Source: Candidatus Hydrogenedentota bacterium (GTDB taxonomy: Bacteria > Hydrogenedentota > Hydrogenedentia > Hydrogenedentales > JAGMZX01). Taken from it: 64,000 nucleotides of DNA. The stretch lies in contig JAKQEQ010000042.1 of the NCBI GenBank assembly GCA_029556545.1, forward strand, positions 18,729-82,728. The letters run 5' to 3'. The notes beneath the pieces were generated by a model, which saw only the letters and a program-made list of their open reading frames with translations, was not told where the DNA came from and made no database searches. Each line of letters opens with the position of its first letter. The first letter of the stretch is position 1. A program made the position numbers and the translations under genes. This document shows, piece by piece, positions 1 to 11,737 of the stretch.

Positions 1-747
1 CCCGTTATCGAGTCGTACGGCGGACATTCGACGGCCCTATGGGACGACGCGATATTCCGGGCGAACAGCGTCTATCACACGTTCAGCCAGGACCAGAACC
101 TGCGACGCATCACCCACTTCTATCCCCTCGCGGTGGTCTACATCCCCAGCCGCACCAACGGCGTACCCCACACCACGCTCACCTACGCCGGCTTCGCCAT
201 GTCCCCCATCGGCGTGAATCTCGGCGGCATCAGCGTGGGCGCCGTCGGCAATCCCGCCGACCCCTACGTTCGCGGGACCAGCCACTTCCTGCCGCTGTTC
301 CGCCAGGTCCTCTACGACACGACGAACCTGCGCGACGCCTTGTCGCTGGTCTACAACACCCCCCTCGGCACGCGCCACACGTTCATTATCGGCGATGGCC
401 GTTACGAGACGCGCGCCGCGAAGGTGCGCATCCTCTCGCCGGGGACGGCGGTTACCTGGTTCGAGAACGACTTTACCGACGAGTTCTCGCCGGCGGTGCT
501 GCCGGGCGTCGTGTATGGCGGCGGGACCGGAGAGGTGTTCACCGGAATCGCGACCGGCTATGGCAATTTCGTGCCAAGCAGCATTCGGGCACTGACCAAT
601 CAATTTTCGACGCCCGGAAGCAACATCCAGAACGTCGTGATTGATACCGAGTTCCTGAACCTCTACGTCACCTACGCCCAGCAAGACCTCGAGGCGTTCA
701 GGCGCAGCGGCTACGCCGTCTTCAACATGCAATTACTGTTGCCGTAA
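1..747 (+). CDS. hypothetical protein, 3'-terminal part (5' end lies upstream of the window)
   Basis: Frame 1 is open from base 1 (PVIESYGGHS...) to TAA at 745-747. The listed ORF 133..747 is only the Met-initiated part. No family recognisable from the C-terminal fragment alone. Confidence 0.5.
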   Translation, partial: PVIESYGGHSTALWDDAIFRANSVYHTFSQDQNLRRITHFYPLAVVYIPSRTNGVPHTTLTYAGFAMSPIGVNLGGISVGAVGNPADPYVRGTSHFLPLFRQVLYDTTNLRDALSLVYNTPLGTRHTFIIGDGRYETRAAKVRILSPGTAVTWFENDFTDEFSPAVLPGVVYGGGTGEVFTGIATGYGNFVPSSIRALTNQFSTPGSNIQNVVIDTEFLNLYVTYAQQDLEAFRRSGYAVFNMQLLLP

Positions 748-846
748 CCGCCGCGCCTAATATCGATAAGGAATTGGGCCGCTCGCCCGCCGCGGGCGGC
801 CCTTTGCACCGCGGTCCAGTCCCGCCCACTACGAAAGCTACGCGAA

Positions 847-1842
847 ATGTACAAAGCGCCCGAAATCATCTCCGGGTCAGGCGTCGTGCGCCAACTGCGC
901 GACCTCAAGGGCCGCGTACTGGTCTGCACCATGGAAATTCCCTGGAGACTCGCCCAGGAATCCCTGCAATGGACGCCCGACCAGGTGCACATGGTTGCGG
1001 ACATGGACAAGGCCACCGTCGAAGCCCTCCACGAAACCCTGCCGCCCTGCGACGTCGTGGTCGGGATCGGCGGCGGCTCCTGCTGCGATTCGGCCAAGTA
1101 TCTCGCCTGGAAACGCGGCTGCGACATGGTCCTCGTCCCCACGATTGTCTCCGTGGACGCCCCGCTCACCAATATGATCGCCGTGCGCGTGGACAAAACG
1201 GTCCAATACGTCGGCGACATCTTTCCCGAGAAGTTGTTGATCGACTACGACCTCATTCGGAAAGCCCCGCCCGAGTTGAACCGCGCCGGCGCGTGCGACA
1301 TCGCCAGCATCCACACCGCCCTCTTCGACTGGAAACTTGCCCACGATCACACGGGCGAGGCCTATCACCCCGATGTGGCGCACCTTGCCCGCCAATGCCT
1401 CGATGAACTGGACCGCAACGCCGACGAGGTCTATCGGGTGACGGACAAGGGCATCGACACCATCGTCGACCTGTTCCGCCGCGAGGTCGAATTCTGCGCC
1501 CGCATCGGTTCCAGCCGGCCCGAGGAAGGCGCCGAACACCTCGTCGCCTACAACCTCGAACACATCACCCGCCGCCACTTCCTCCACGGCGACCTCGTGG
1601 GACTGGGCATCTTCACCGTGTCGCGCCTGCAAGAAAACGCGCCCGAGTGGGCCGCGGACCTCATCCGCCGCTGCGGCCTGCGCTACACCGCGCCCGACGC
1701 CGCCCCCGAGGAAATCGCGCAGGCGCTGCGCACGCTGAAGACGTTCAAGGACAATGCTGGCTATTTCTACAGCGTCGTCGATACTGAGCCCATCACGGAG
1801 GACTTCATCCAGGACACGCTGGACGCCCTCTGCCGCTCCTGA
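847..1842 (+). CDS. iron-containing alcohol dehydrogenase family protein (glycerol-1-phosphate dehydrogenase/AraM-like)
   Basis: 331 aa. GIGGGSCCDSAKY glycine-rich NAD(P)-binding motif and overall size typical of the Fe-ADH / glycerol-1-phosphate dehydrogenase family. Confidence 0.75.
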   Translation: MYKAPEIISGSGVVRQLRDLKGRVLVCTMEIPWRLAQESLQWTPDQVHMVADMDKATVEALHETLPPCDVVVGIGGGSCCDSAKYLAWKRGCDMVLVPTIVSVDAPLTNMIAVRVDKTVQYVGDIFPEKLLIDYDLIRKAPPELNRAGACDIASIHTALFDWKLAHDHTGEAYHPDVAHLARQCLDELDRNADEVYRVTDKGIDTIVDLFRREVEFCARIGSSRPEEGAEHLVAYNLEHITRRHFLHGDLVGLGIFTVSRLQENAPEWAADLIRRCGLRYTAPDAAPEEIAQALRTLKTFKDNAGYFYSVVDTEPITEDFIQDTLDALCRS

Positions 1843-1848
1843 CCCGGC

Positions 1849-2409
1849 CTACTCCGGCGATGCGTCGCGCGTGACTGAAAACGTGCCCGCCGACGTGTAG
1901 TCCACCCGCTCGCGCCCCGGGATGGTCGTCGTGATGCTGAACGTGATCGCGTAATCGCCCGCGTAGACGTCCATCACGCCGTCGTCGTCCGTATCCGCGC
2001 CCGTCCCGTCGAAATCGATGTCGATGCTGAACGGGAACGCCAGCGCGGCCGTGTCGATCCCCAGCCGGATGCGGCCCGACCCGTCGTCCTCCATGTTGCC
2101 GAACAGCGGCACTTTGAGTTCCGGCAGTTCGTCCTGGATTTGTTCAAGCAGCGCATTGTCCAGCAGGCACCCATACGAAAACTCGACCACGCCGAGAATC
2201 TGGTGATTCAGCGGATAGATGAAATTCGGCTTATGCACCAAGGACAAGGTGAAGGGACACGCCCCCTTGGCCTCCCCGGTTTCCCACGCGCCCGAATAAG
2301 CGCCCGCGGCGTCAAACGGCGGCACGGGCAGGTCCGGGCATCCCGCAAGTAAGACCGACGCGCCGATGAGCGTCAAACCCAGAATCGAATATCGCGTGAC
2401 GGTGCGCAT
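1849..2409 (-). CDS. hypothetical lipoprotein
   Basis: 186 aa. N-terminal signal peptide ending in lipobox LLAGC. Asp-rich C-terminal half. No recognisable family. Confidence 0.6.
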   Translation of the reverse strand: MRTVTRYSILGLTLIGASVLLAGCPDLPVPPFDAAGAYSGAWETGEAKGACPFTLSLVHKPNFIYPLNHQILGVVEFSYGCLLDNALLEQIQDELPELKVPLFGNMEDDGSGRIRLGIDTAALAFPFSIDIDFDGTGADTDDDGVMDVYAGDYAITFSITTTIPGRERVDYTSAGTFSVTRDASPE

Positions 2410-2513
2410 CTTGATGTTCTCCGCTTTCCTTGCCCCTATTCTACCGCGTCCACCCGCTTCGTTACAGCGCGCCGGATGGACTTTCCCGCCCGCAAGGTTG
2501 TAGCCTCACCCCC

Positions 2514-3023
2514 ATGACGGACGTCGCCCTCCACATAGACGACCCGGCGGTCCGCATCACGATCAAGGCGATGCTCGAAGCCGCCGGCCACCGCGTCGTC
2601 ACGCATAACCCCGACGTCATCATCGCCGACGCGCCCGACGCCGCCGTCGAACTCGCGAAACACGCCCCGACGCTGACCCTCGCCGCCGCCGCCGACCTCC
2701 CCCGCGCCATCGACGCCATGCGCAACGGCGTCTTCGGCTACATCTTTCTCCCCCTTCAGCCCGGCGAGGCCGTCCTCATGGTCGACCGCGCCGTGAACGC
2801 GCCCCAGACCCGTCATTCCCGCGGAAGCGGGAATCCAGCAAACGCGCCTTCCGACACCATGCCCGATCCGACCGAAGACCTCACCCTCGCGACCCTCGAG
2901 CGCGATCATGTCCTGCGCGTGTTGCGCGCGCACAAATCCAATCACACTGCGGCCGCGCGCGCCCTCGGCATCGGACGCAACACGCTCTGGCGCAAACTGA
3001 AGCAGTATCAACGGGAGGTATGA
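2514..3023 (+). CDS. Fis-family HTH transcriptional regulator with degenerate receiver-like N-terminal domain
   Basis: C-terminal ...HTAAARALGIGRNTLWRKLKQY is the Fis/NtrC-type HTH. N-terminal ~110 aa resemble a CheY-like receiver (VIIADAPD). No sigma-54 AAA+ domain. Start chosen at MTDVALH (2514) inside longer ORF 2430..3023. Confidence 0.6.
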   Translation: MTDVALHIDDPAVRITIKAMLEAAGHRVVTHNPDVIIADAPDAAVELAKHAPTLTLAAAADLPRAIDAMRNGVFGYIFLPLQPGEAVLMVDRAVNAPQTRHSRGSGNPANAPSDTMPDPTEDLTLATLERDHVLRVLRAHKSNHTAAARALGIGRNTLWRKLKQYQREV

Positions 3024-3027
3024 ACTT

Positions 3028-4995
3028 ATGCGGCCACGATGCGTCCTACTCGCGGGCGGACTGTGCCTGGCAATCCTGGTCGGCAGCAACGCCCCGACCG
3101 CCGCCGCGCCGCTGGCCGTCGGCCCCATGTCGGACGCACCCGCGCCCGCCGACCTGCCGGAAATCCTCGACCGGCTCTACGTCTCCATCGAGGGCCAGGC
3201 GCGCCACCTGCTCACCCACGTGGACCCCTGGAGCAAGGACCGCGCGCTGAAACTGCTGACGCGAAGCAAGCACGGCGAGCACTGGATTCGCCCGAACACC
3301 GGCGCGTTCGCGGCCTTCTGTTTCCTGCACCGCTTCGGCCCGTACGATGCGGCGCGCGTCGGCGCCTCGCGCGAGACGCTGCTCGACGAAACCATCATTC
3401 CGATGGCCCGCTATCTGGTCACGACGCACGTCACCGGCTCGCGACCCACCGGCGACGGCGATCCCTGGGGCGACCAGTGGCAGTCCGCGCATTGGGCGCA
3501 CATGCTCGCGCGCGGCGCGTGGTGGGTCTGGGGCGCGCTCCCGCCGGACCTGCGCGACGGCATGTGCCGCGTCATCGCGCACGAGGCCGACCGTTTCGTC
3601 GACCTGACGCCGCCGCACAACCTCGTGGACGACACGAAGGCCGAGGAGAACGCCTGGAATGCTCAGGTTCTCTCGACGGCCGTCGTGCTGATGCCCGAGG
3701 ACCCGCGCCGCCCCGATTGGGACCGCGCGTTTCAGCGCTGGGCCTTGTCGTCGTTCCTGCGGCCCGCCGACGCGACCTCGGACGCGATGGTGGACGGACG
3801 CCCCCTCGCGGACCAATTCACCGGCGCGAACATCTACGACGACTTCACGCTCGAAAACCACCGCCGCGTGCATCCCGACTACATGGCCACGTTCCTGCTC
3901 TCGATGGGCTGCGTCATCGACTTCGCGATGACCGGCCGCATACCGCCCGAGGCCGTTTATCACAACGCCGCCGGCATCTACGAGAACCTCAAGTGGTTCT
4001 CGCTCCCGAGCGGCGGGTTCGTCTATCCGAACGGCCAGGATTGGGAACTCTTCCGCGACCCCGAGTGGCTCGTCGTCCACGTGCTCATGGCCGCCCACGG
4101 CGGCGACCCCGATGCGTGGGCCCTCGCGCGGCCCTGCATCGACACCCAGGACAAGATGCAGGCGCGCGACCCCTCCGGCGCGGTCTACCTCGACAACGAA
4201 TTCTTCTTCCCCTCGACCCGAACGGACCAGGTGTACTACTCCGTCCTCGCGTGGCTCTTCGCGCAATACCGCAACCCCATCATCGACGCGACGCGCCCGC
4301 GCCTCGGCGTGCTCGCCCTCGAACACGGGCGCATCCTGCTCCACCGCACGCCCGCCGCCGTCCACGCCGTGAGTTGGGGCCCCGAGACCATGATCCAGTT
4401 CGTGCCGTACCGCCTCGACCGCGTCACCTCGCCCCACCCGAGCAGCGGCGTCGGCCATATCCGCCTCGCGGGCGAGAAGGACCCCTTGCCCGTCCGCGCG
4501 CGCAACGTCGCGGTCTCACGCGACGACGGCTTCACCGCCGACCTCGATCTCATTTACGGCGACGACCTCGTCAATGCGCGCTGGCGCGTGCGGTCCACGT
4601 CCGACGGCGTCATGCACTGGCGCGCGACGATCACCGCCCTCGCCGACGTCGAGACCGCCGAGATCGCCGCGGGCCTCATCGGCGTCCTGAACAACACGCT
4701 CTGGATATACGAACGCGGCGCGCGCACCCTCGCCGTCGACGGCGCGAAACGGACCCTGGCCTGCGGCAGCGGCGAAGAAGTCCGCGCCGACGGCGCGCGC
4801 GTCGTCGTGATTGACGGTGTGCTGCGGGTCGAATCCGAAGCCCCGCTGCGCATGCGCTACAAGACTGCCGCCGCGCCCGAACGCGCCCGTTTCACCGACG
4901 AACTGCACCTGGTTTACAATGACGCGCCCGCGACGTGGCCCAAAGGCGCGACCATTGCCGAACTCGACGTCCGCTTGTCCACAGTACCGCAATAA
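3028..4995 (+). CDS. secreted hypothetical protein (655 aa)
   Basis: N-terminal signal peptide (MRPRCVLLAGGLCLAILVGSNAPTAAA). Long uninterrupted ORF. Alternate-frame ORFs over the same span are Arg-rich GC artefacts. Confidence 0.65.
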   Translation: MRPRCVLLAGGLCLAILVGSNAPTAAAPLAVGPMSDAPAPADLPEILDRLYVSIEGQARHLLTHVDPWSKDRALKLLTRSKHGEHWIRPNTGAFAAFCFLHRFGPYDAARVGASRETLLDETIIPMARYLVTTHVTGSRPTGDGDPWGDQWQSAHWAHMLARGAWWVWGALPPDLRDGMCRVIAHEADRFVDLTPPHNLVDDTKAEENAWNAQVLSTAVVLMPEDPRRPDWDRAFQRWALSSFLRPADATSDAMVDGRPLADQFTGANIYDDFTLENHRRVHPDYMATFLLSMGCVIDFAMTGRIPPEAVYHNAAGIYENLKWFSLPSGGFVYPNGQDWELFRDPEWLVVHVLMAAHGGDPDAWALARPCIDTQDKMQARDPSGAVYLDNEFFFPSTRTDQVYYSVLAWLFAQYRNPIIDATRPRLGVLALEHGRILLHRTPAAVHAVSWGPETMIQFVPYRLDRVTSPHPSSGVGHIRLAGEKDPLPVRARNVAVSRDDGFTADLDLIYGDDLVNARWRVRSTSDGVMHWRATITALADVETAEIAAGLIGVLNNTLWIYERGARTLAVDGAKRTLACGSGEEVRADGARVVVIDGVLRVESEAPLRMRYKTAAAPERARFTDELHLVYNDAPATWPKGATIAELDVRLSTVPQ

Positions 4996-5003
4996 CGCCG
5001 GAA

Positions 5004-5150
5004 ATGGGGTATCACATGCACGACGACAGCGAAAAACAGTTCTCTCCACTGCAAATCCTCCTGTGGCCCTACTACCTCGCCTACTACGTCTTCCCCATCC
5101 TCTTCGCCGTCGCCGTCGCCTGGTTCGAAGACCGCCTCGGCCTCAACTGA
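5004..5150 (+). CDS. possible small membrane protein (48 aa)
   Basis: MGYHMHDDSEKQFSPLQILLWPYYLAYYVFPILFAVAVAWFEDRLGLN has one hydrophobic helix. Immediately followed by a hairpin/A-T tract. Weak support. Confidence 0.25.
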   Translation: MGYHMHDDSEKQFSPLQILLWPYYLAYYVFPILFAVAVAWFEDRLGLN

Positions 5151-5153
5151 AAC

Positions 5154-5188
5154 CCAAAAAACCGTGGCACGGGCGTCCCGCCCGTGGT
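5154..5188. terminator. GC-rich hairpin flanked by A6 (plus) / T6GGGTTT (minus), terminator-like, possibly bidirectional
   Basis: aaaaaaCCGTGGCACGGGCGtccCGCCCGTGgtc: 8-bp stem CACGGGCG/CGCCCGTG with a 3-nt loop. On the minus strand the hairpin is followed by TTTTTTGGGTTT. Confidence 0.35.
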
Positions 5189-5193
5189 CTTCA

Positions 5194-5245
5194 ATCATGG
5201 GCAAAATGCCCATGCCACGCAATCAACAGATACGCCGCAATTCGG
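5194..5245. repeat. copy 1 of a ~50 bp imperfect direct repeat (ATCATGGGCAARATGCCCATGCCACG...CAGATRCGCSGCAATT)
   Basis: About 84% identical (by hand alignment) to 6563..6612. Contains the small palindrome ATGGGCA-N3-TGCCCAT. Confidence 0.7.
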
Positions 5246-5313
5246 CGCGGCAATCTCTTCCTCCTCTCCGGTCTGCTATACTGGAGACGGACCGCGCCAA
5301 GAGGACCTCGAAA

Positions 5314-5613
5314 ATGGATTTGCCGATTGTTATCGACGAGGAACAGATCGCGGCATTTTGCCGCAAGCACCCCCTGACGAAGCTCGCGTTATTCGGGTCG
5401 GTGCTGACGGACCGCTTCGGACCGGACAGCGACGTCGACGTGCTCTTCGAGTACGACCCCCAACACGTGCCAAGCCTGTTCGACGTCGTCGAGATGGAAG
5501 AGGAACTCAGCGCAATCCTTGGACGCCGGGCCGACATGCGAACGCCCTGCGACCTGAGTCGCTACTTCCGCGACGAAGTCGTCCGCACCGCGCAGGTCCA
5601 CTATGCTGCTTGA
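5314..5613 (+). CDS. nucleotidyltransferase domain protein (MntA/AbiEii-like minimal nucleotidyltransferase), no HepT partner
   Basis: GSVLTDRFGPDSDVDVLFEY is the classic GS...DxD minimal nucleotidyltransferase motif. Start at MDLPIVIDEE (5314) inside ORF 5164..5613. No DUF86/HepT-like ORF downstream. Confidence 0.75.
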   Translation: MDLPIVIDEEQIAAFCRKHPLTKLALFGSVLTDRFGPDSDVDVLFEYDPQHVPSLFDVVEMEEELSAILGRRADMRTPCDLSRYFRDEVVRTAQVHYAA

Positions 5614-5642
5614 CTCGGACCACATCCCCACGCACGACCGTC

Positions 5643-5802
5643 ATACCCGCGCAAGCGGGTATCCAGCGCAATGCGCCATTCCCGCGCGTTCGCGCGGGAA
5701 TGACCGGTTTATTCTGATTGCTGGATTCCCGCTTTCGCGGGAATGACGGGGAGGGACTGGGTTCCCGCTTCCCGCTTCCCGCTTCCCGCTTCCGCGGGAA
5801 CA
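5643..5802. repeat. cluster of palindromic hairpin units (family A: GTCATTCCCGCG-GNRA/GAAA-CGCGGGAATCCAG) plus (CCCGCTT)x4
   Basis: Contains TTCCCGCGCGTTCGCGCGGGAA (perfect hairpin), CTGGATTCCCGCTTTCGCGGGAATGAC (reverse-orientation unit) and gttCCCGCTTCCCGCTTCCCGCTTCCCGCTTCCgcgggaac. Same family as 6185-6450 and 37422-37503. Confidence 0.8.
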
Positions 5803-5839
5803 GGTTTCGTGGAAATGATGAAGCAAGGAGGGCTGACCC

Positions 5840-6133
5840 ATGCGGAAGAGAGAACCCGCCGTATACATTCTCGCAAGCCGGCGGAATGGGACCTTGTACA
5901 CTGGAGTTACAAGCGATCTGAGCAGGCGGGTCTGGGAGCACAAAACCGACGCGGTCCCGGGGTTCACCAAGAAGCATGGCGTACACCTGCTTGTGTACTA
6001 TGAATGGCATACAACCATGGACTCCGCCATATCCCGCGAGAAGCAGATCAAGAAGTGGAACCGCGCGTGGAAGCTGCAATTGATCGAGGACTATAACGCG
6101 GACTGGCGAGACTTGTACGAAGAATTGATGTAG
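5840..6133 (+). CDS. GIY-YIG nuclease family protein (97 aa)
   Basis: VYILASRRNGTLYTGVTSDLSRRVWEHK... is the canonical GIY-YIG motif with the conserved R and E. Size typical of stand-alone URI-domain proteins. Confidence 0.85.
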   Translation: MRKREPAVYILASRRNGTLYTGVTSDLSRRVWEHKTDAVPGFTKKHGVHLLVYYEWHTTMDSAISREKQIKKWNRAWKLQLIEDYNADWRDLYEELM

Positions 6134-6184
6134 TACGGGATCGTTGCTCGCGCGGGCATAACGCAACATGGCCCAGAATCACTC

Positions 6185-6450
6185 CCCCCCGTCATTCCCG
6201 CGCAAGCGGGAATCCAGCGCCCCCCGTCATTCCCGCGCAAGCGGGAATCCAGCGCCCCCGTCATTCCCGCGCAAGCGGGAATCCAGCGCCCCCCGTCATT
6301 CCCGCGAAACCTGTTCCCGCGGAAGCGGGAAGCGGGAATCCAGCGCCCCCCGTCATTCCTGCGAAACCTGTTCCCGCGGAAGCGGGAAGCGGGAATCCAG
6401 CACCCCCCCGTCATTCCCGCGCAAGCGGGAATCCAGTCATTTCCACACGG
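6185..6450. repeat. tandem array of 6 copies of a ~35 bp hairpin unit (CCCCCCGTCATTCCCGCGCAAGCGGGAATCCAGCG), two copies carrying a ~24 bp nested-hairpin insertion
   Basis: Units abut head-to-tail with no unique spacers. 8-bp stem ATTCCCGC/GCGGGAAT with GNRA-type loop GCAA. Translates as the spurious WIPACAGMTG/SFPRKRESS repeats seen in ORFs 6091..6960(-) and 6168..6470(+). Confidence 0.9.
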
Positions 6451-6562
6451 TCTCGCCCGTCCCCGTCTAGCCCCCTCGCGCGGGCATGAAGCAAAGGCAC
6501 AAGGGCAAGAATGTCCCATCGCCGGTCGGTTCCGAGATGGCTTCCAGTCTCGCCATGAGCAA

Positions 6563-6612
6563 GGATCATGGGCAAGATGCCCATGCCACGGCGTCAGCAG
6601 ATGCGCGGCAAT
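6563..6612. repeat. copy 2 of the ~50 bp imperfect direct repeat; overlaps the last 7 codons of hypE
   Basis: Matches 5194..5245. Together the two copies bound a ~1.4 kb segment containing the MNT gene, the GIY-YIG gene and both hairpin-repeat blocks. Confidence 0.7.
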
Positions 6613-7645
6613 TGCTCGCCGCTGAGCATATCGAGAATGCGCTGCGCGCCGATGCGGCTTTCGAGCGTGACCCGCCCTGGCGCGTCGGCGTGGGCGTGGC
6701 CGATGATCGCGGGCTGCGGCGCCTGGGGATGGCCGCGCAGCACGTCGAGCGCGCGCGCCGCGTCGTCCGCGGCGACGACCGCCATGAAGCGCCCCTCGTT
6801 CGCGACGTAGAGCGGGTCGAACCCGAGCAGTTCGCACGCGCCGCGCACGTCGTCGCGGACGGGGATGTCCGTCTCGCGCAGGTGCAACCCGACGCCCGCC
6901 GCCTGCGCGATCTCGTTCGCCGCGCTCACGAGCCCGCCCCGGGTCAGGTCGCGCAGGCAATGCACTTCGACGCCCCCGCGCAGCAGCGCGAGCACGGCGT
7001 CCGCCACCGGCGCGGAATCGCTCTCGATGGCCGTCTCGAATTCGAGCCCCTCGCGCGTGGCCATAATCGCAATGCCGTGGCGGCCCAGGTCGCCGTTGAT
7101 GAGGACGACGTCGCCGGGCCGCACCGCGCCGGGCCCGATGACGCAGTCGTGCTCGATGACGCCGATCCCCGCCGTGTTGATGAAGAGGCCGTCGCCGCCG
7201 CGCCGCTCGATGACCTTCGTGTCGCCCGTCACGACTTGCACGCCGCAGGCGTCCGCCGCGCGCCGCATCGACGCGACCAGCCGCAGCAGCAGTTCTATCG
7301 AAAGCCCCTCTTCGAGGATGAATCCCGCGCTAAGGTACAACGGCCGCGCGCCCGCCATCGCCAAGTCGTTCACCGTCCCGTGGACCGCCAGCGACGCGAT
7401 GTCGCCGCCGGGGAATTCGAGAGGCTGCACGACGTAGGAGTCCGTTGTGAACGCGATCCGCGCGCCGTCGATCGCGATCCGCGCCGCGTCGTGCCGCTGC
7501 GCCAGCAGCGGGTTGTCGAAGGCGCGGAGGAACACGTCCTCGATCAGGCGGTGCATGGCCGTGCCGCCGCCGCCGTGCGCCATCGTGATCACCGGGCTCG
7601 ATGCGTGCGGCATCGGGCAGGACAGCGTGAATTCCCCCGGCGTGC

Positions 7646-7649
<4 letters not shown>
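6594..7649 (-). CDS. hypE: hydrogenase expression/formation protein HypE
   Basis: PurM-like fold. Ends ...EQLPRIC as is typical for HypE. Start ATG (rc of cat 7647-7649) gives MSTPGEF and overlaps the hypD stop by 4 nt. Confidence 0.9.
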
Positions 7650-8745
<1,096 letters not shown>

Positions 8746-8749
<4 letters not shown>

Positions 8750-8977
8750 GGGCCCGCCGCCTCCGCGTCGTCGAGGGCGTCGAGTTCCGCGAACGTATCG
8801 AGGATGCTCCGCGCCTCTTCCTGATCCACGACGCTGATCGCCAGCCCCGCGTGGACCAGCACGTAATCGCGCGCCATCGCCTCGGGCACGAGCGCCAGCG
8901 ACACCTCCTTCACCACGCCGCCGAAGCTCACCCGCGCATTCCGCGCCAGCGGGTCGCCGTCGTCGATGCTCAGTATT

Positions 8978-9000
<23 letters not shown>
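8746..9000 (-). CDS. hypC: hydrogenase assembly chaperone HypC
   Basis: Begins MCLAIPG (HypC/HupF signature). ~84 aa from that start. Upstream in-frame extension of ORF 8746..9039 disregarded. Confidence 0.85.
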
Positions 9001-11314
<2,314 letters not shown>

Positions 11315-11354
11315 GTTCGTCCTCGTACACGCGCTGCTGCGAAAATCGACTCGG

Positions 11355-11470
11355 GCAGGCCGGTCAGCCCGCTTCAGCGGGCTCTTCTTTGCCCCCGGCT
11401 TCAGCCGGGGGGTAAGAGGTCTTGCCCGGCAAAGGGCGCTTCAGCGCCGCTTGTGCACTGCTTCAGCATC
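11355..11470. repeat. multi-hairpin element (family B): three TTCA-loop hairpins GCCCGC-TTCA-GCGGGC, CCCCGGC-TTCA-GCCGGGG, GGCGC-TTCA-GCGCC, then CTTCAGC
   Basis: Read directly. Same order, spacing and linker sequences (tcYtctttgc, ggcgcttcagcgccgctt, cttcagc) as 37648-37760 but with different, compensating stem sequences. Confidence 0.7.
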
Positions 11471-11520
11471 CATTTTCGTCCTCTCCGGGAGAAACCACTC
11501 GTTTCATGACAACTCGTGAT

Positions 11521-11544
11521 CGTAATCGTAATCGTAATCGTATT
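11521..11544. repeat. hexanucleotide microsatellite (CGTAAT)x3 + CGTATT
   Basis: cgtaatcgtaatcgtaatcgtatt in the divergent intergenic region between hypF and the 11738 membrane-protein gene. Confidence 0.8.
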
Positions 11545-11737
11545 CCCACTCGCCCTCGTGCTACCCCGAGAATCGACCCGAACGCGTTAGGAGCGCGCCG
11601 CTCCGACCACCGCAAACGTTTGATAGCGCTCTCACCGCCATATATGATATGCGGGCTTGCCGGACACGCGCGAGGCGCGCGTCCTGATTCTTCGGCAATG
11701 CGGGGAGACGCCTGTGCATCACGGTCGAGACGCGGAC

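Noticed and set aside
3039-4814. 591-aa Arg/Pro-rich plus-strand ORF and 470-aa minus ORF 3046..4458
   Set aside because: Alternate-frame and antisense artefacts of the GC-rich 3028..4995 gene. Extreme Arg/Ala/Pro composition.
5718-6003. Small ORFs 5718..5921(+) and 5743..6003(+) as a possible HepT partner of the MNT gene
   Set aside because: Repeat-derived (RFRGNRFRGN) or overlapping the GIY-YIG gene. No R-x4-H-x-Y HepT motif.
6185-6450. Possible CRISPR array (35-bp palindromic repeats resembling type I-E repeat structure)
   Set aside because: Units are directly tandem with no unique spacers, no leader and no cas genes. The same unit is dispersed in inverted orientation elsewhere, so it is a REP/MITE-like repeat.
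6091-6960. 289-aa minus-strand ORF and 100-aa plus ORF (6168..6470) with RFRGNRFRGNDGGRWIPACAGMTG / SFPRKRESS repeats
   Set aside because: Translations of the family-A DNA repeat. The periodic peptide is an artefact.
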